A stretch of DNA of 52,179 bases from a bacterium (GTDB lineage Bacteria; Zhuqueibacterota; Zhuqueibacteria; Oceanimicrobiales; Oceanimicrobiaceae): the NCBI GenBank assembly GCA_046757165.1, contig JBHHXT010000011.1, forward strand, positions 1 through 52,179. Reading direction: 5' to 3'. Shown here in pieces: positions 49,364-52,179 of the stretch (within the stretch, counting starts at the first letter, position 1; each line of letters opens with the position of its first letter). The position numbers and the translations under genes are program-made. The notes below the pieces were generated by a model. That model was not told where the DNA came from, did no database searches, and worked only from the letters and a program-made list of their open reading frames with translations.

Positions 49364-49518
49364 GAAGGCAGACGTTCCAAGAACTGGATGTCCCCCAAAA
49401 GTTCCTTCAACGACGCAACTCTGTATTGCAGGCTGACAACATCGTGTTTTTAGCCTGGATGATTCATGAATTTCACCCAACAAGGGGCAACACGTAAGGA
49501 GTGAAATGCCTTAGCATT

Positions 49519-49785
49519 TCATGCAACGCTAAAACGTTGCACTCCTCTTTGTCCCGTTAAGTTAGCCATAATCAAGCGCTGATATGAATACTTGCTAATC
49601 TCTTGTGATTGCTGATAAGTGATTCGGTTTCGTTTGAACATGGCTGAGAACGCATTTCCAACTTCCCAGTGCAGTGATTGAGGAGCGTTAAGTTCAGAGC
49701 CTTTCGTGAGTTCAATCAATTTGTCTTTATGCTTTTCATTCGTGATGACAGCAATAATTACCGTCGTGTCGACGACTAATTTCAT
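49519..49785 (-). pseudogene. C-terminally truncated PIN/VapC toxin
   Basis: MKLVVDTTVIIAV...APQSLHWEVGNAFS is present; the YDA/TLD C-terminal half is missing. Confidence 0.7.
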
Positions 49786-49966
49786 TGGAGATTCCTACCT
49801 GTGGCGACTCCGTCTGCCGTCTCCCCTCGCTTACAAAATCGAAACACGAAATCGTCGAGCAACAGCGGCCTTCAGGGTCTGGCCTCTAAAAGTGCCAACA
49901 TTCAGTGGCCTCCAGCCGATGGCAATATAGGCAGAACATAGATTTGCCACCGGACGGAGCATTTCA

Positions 49967-49982
49967 TGGCATGTTCTTTGCA
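49967..49982 (+). promoter_or_regulatory. Sigma54 -24/-12 promoter
   Basis: TGGCAT-GTTCT-TTGCA, near-consensus, about 80 bp upstream of the next ATG. Confidence 0.65.
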
Positions 49983-50060
49983 AAAAAAGAACCCCATGTC
50001 CATGATGTCAAATCAAACCGCCACTAAAGATATTCAATTAGAATCACGGAGTGATACTTA

Positions 50061-50429
50061 ATGATGACAAATGACAAACACGCCTTAGATTATCCTGCCC
50101 GGGAAACGGAGCCCTTACAAGAGATACGCAAGTCAGATCTCAGCATCGGGGATCGCGTGGTGCTCCAGACGATCAATACGACCTATTCTATTCGGGTGGT
50201 CAAGGATGACATTTACCTGGTATCCGGAGGATGGTTCGATCAGAATAGATTGTCGCCGATGAAGACGACCATCGTCGGGTGCACCTGGGGAGGGAGTGCT
50301 GTCAAACAAGACCTCGTGGCCGCATGCGGTCTTTGTGTGGAGTTTGGCAATCAGGTCGTGACCACGCCGATTCAGAGGATATGTGTTATTCCGTCCAGTG
50401 TCGAGAGTCAAGAACCGGCGAAATCCTGA
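50061..50429 (+). CDS. Hypothetical beta-rich cytoplasmic protein
   Basis: GGAG RBS, 122 aa, motif-like segments VSGGWFD and GCTWGGS. Confidence 0.75.
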   Translation: MMTNDKHALDYPARETEPLQEIRKSDLSIGDRVVLQTINTTYSIRVVKDDIYLVSGGWFDQNRLSPMKTTIVGCTWGGSAVKQDLVAACGLCVEFGNQVVTTPIQRICVIPSSVESQEPAKS

Positions 50430-51913
50430 CGGTTCTGAATCCACGCAATGATGAGCACGGGGAAGGCGGTCAGCAGCATCGCCAACGTCGAGGTGACGCC
50501 GGGATTCGCAAAGGCCAACGTCGATGCAGGGAAAAGCGTCTTGCCCCAGAAGTAAAGCACAAAATGAATGGCCAGCCCCATAACGGACGAGCTCCAGACC
50601 AGCGTCAGGGAAATCCGGCGAAACAAGATACCCCCCAATATCGGCGGAACAGCGGCGACCACCATGCCGTAAACCCCCACCTGTCCAAAAATTCCTAACA
50701 ATCTCGGCGGATTGAGACAAATCAAGAAGGCTGCGACGGCGATGGCTACCAGAATGATATGGCTGAATCTGTAGGCCAGGGATTGCCGTTTCTCCTGCGG
50801 CAGCGTCGTGTGCCCCCACCGGTCGATCAAGTTCAGGAGAAGATCGTTGGCACAAATTGTGGAAAGCGCCACCAGAATTCCGTCGAGAGTCGACATGCCG
50901 GCAGCCAGCAAAACGATGCTCATCAGGGTAAACAGCCAGCCGGGGAAAACGGTCTTCAAGTAAACGGTCATGACCATGTCCTGCCTGAAAGCGCCCGTCG
51001 AACCATCGATAAGCTGATCCGGAGCGAGGATCAGGCGTGCGTAAAACCCTGCCATTGGCAAGAGAAAGAAGATGATCAAGGCAAGGATCGCGATGATCAG
51101 ATATTGCTTGACAGCGCGGTCGCTCTTCACATAAAGCGCTTTAGTGAGAATATGAGGTTGAATCACCAGCGCCGCTCCGATGATGAAGCCGCTGACATAA
51201 ATAGAAAAAACGCTATTGTACAGATTGCTGGCCGGATTGACCCACGCCAGGAGATTGGGGTCCTGCAGGGCAATTTGTCCCCAAAACCCGGCGGGGCTCT
51301 GTAGCAAAAACCTCGCTCCTGATAGAATAATGATGAGCGAAATGATAAGCATCAGGGACCCCTGCAGCGTGTTTGTAAACGCATGCGCATACGCGCCGCC
51401 GATGAACACGTACGTCGTGACGAAGCCGAGGATGATCATCAGTGCGACAGGATTGGAGATGCCGAGCAGCTGCTGCATCACGATGGACAAACCGCCGACG
51501 ATGAGAACCACAAAGGCGAGTGCAAACAGATTGACCACGGCAAAGTAAAGCGTAATCCCGGTTGAACCGTAGCGGCCCCCGATCCAATGTGGCAGGGTAA
51601 GCGCGTTGTTGGACGCACCAATTCGTCTGAACTGAAACGACAAAAGCACCAGCATGAAGCAAAACCCAACTCCCACCGAAACCACGAAGTGCATAAAAGC
51701 AGAAACGCCGTGTGTATAGATGAACCCCGGATTGATGATAAACGTGGCGGCCGAGGCCGTGCTGGCGGCCAATGTGATCCCAACGACAAAAGGAGACATG
51801 TCGCCCGTCCCAATCGCGAAGCTGTCGAAATTCTTTGTGCGCTTGTAGCCCAACCACGCCAGATAAGAGGTCGCGAGGAGATAGATGACGAACAAACTCC
51901 AGGCTAAGGTCAT
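50408..51913 (-). CDS. Sodium:solute symporter family protein (PutP/PanF-like)
   Basis: ASTASAATFIINPG, YVFIGG, QPHIL, LAAGMSTLDG; about 13 TM. Start taken at ATG 51913. Confidence 0.92.
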   Translation of the reverse strand: MTLAWSLFVIYLLATSYLAWLGYKRTKNFDSFAIGTGDMSPFVVGITLAASTASAATFIINPGFIYTHGVSAFMHFVVSVGVGFCFMLVLLSFQFRRIGASNNALTLPHWIGGRYGSTGITLYFAVVNLFALAFVVLIVGGLSIVMQQLLGISNPVALMIILGFVTTYVFIGGAYAHAFTNTLQGSLMLIISLIIILSGARFLLQSPAGFWGQIALQDPNLLAWVNPASNLYNSVFSIYVSGFIIGAALVIQPHILTKALYVKSDRAVKQYLIIAILALIIFFLLPMAGFYARLILAPDQLIDGSTGAFRQDMVMTVYLKTVFPGWLFTLMSIVLLAAGMSTLDGILVALSTICANDLLLNLIDRWGHTTLPQEKRQSLAYRFSHIILVAIAVAAFLICLNPPRLLGIFGQVGVYGMVVAAVPPILGGILFRRISLTLVWSSSVMGLAIHFVLYFWGKTLFPASTLAFANPGVTSTLAMLLTAFPVLIIAWIQNRQDFAGS

Positions 51914-52080
51914 GAAGGCTTCCCCGTTTTGGTTAATTTCCTCGCCTGGCGATGAATCGCCAGGCTCAGACAAGAAAGCATCCTCAAGGATGCTGAATCG
52001 ATTCCCCCGCGCAAACAACAGGGCGCTTCAGCGTCCTTCCCGAACTGAAGGGGCTGTCCAAAAAGGTTCCTCGTGCCTGC

Positions 52081-52104
52081 CATTTCGAGCGAAGCGAGAA
52101 ATCT
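52081..52104. repeat. REP-like half element (CATTTCGAGCGAAGCGAGAAATCT)
   Basis: Internal hairpin related in style to the 4813..4857 element. Confidence 0.45.
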
Positions 52105-52179
52105 GTTCGTGCAGGAACTTCGATGTAAGTAGTTGTTTTCGTGAGTCCTCCGATTGGTGTCCTGTCAGTTTCCTCCCTT

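Noticed and set aside
1..52179. tRNA/rRNA genes, integrases, transposases, prophage genes
   Set aside because: None recognised by eye; a covariance-model and HMM scan would be needed to exclude them formally.

Overview
Gene-dense bacterial chromosomal window. The gene content (PorV-family barrel, a T9SS/FlgD-type C-terminal domain protein, peptidase-PD40-Omp85 proteins, an AraC-type hybrid kinase) suggests the FCB group, e.g. KSB1/Calditrichota/Ignavibacteria-like; this is an inference. From left to right: two PIN toxin-antitoxin modules linked to a ~165-bp duplication of the 3' end of a hybrid sensor kinase gene, which itself carries in-frame palindromic insertions; a MacAB-type exporter; an FNR-like oxidoreductase; an MscS-cNMP channel; a minus-strand envelope operon (peptidase-PD40-Omp85, BamB-like lipoprotein, PEGA protein, degenerate GH13, ABC pair); a plus-strand signalling cluster (GAF-GGDEF, S41 protease, small secreted Pro/basic-tailed protein, orphan polytopic membrane protein, degenerate sigma54-type AAA+ regulator); a second envelope operon (PorV-like, degenerate M6 protease-FG-GAP-CTD, small barrel, second peptidase-PD40-Omp85, two DUF5683-like proteins, rpiA); then gcvH, accC, accB, a 5'-3' exonuclease, Uma2, aceE, glpK, a PLP dehydratase and an SSS symporter. 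Intergenic DNA holds several families of palindromic or MITE-like repeats and gene relics. The best candidate for an undescribed system is the 22.5-27.9 kb putative peptide/c-di-GMP signalling module. All family assignments come from motifs read by eye; no database search was run.
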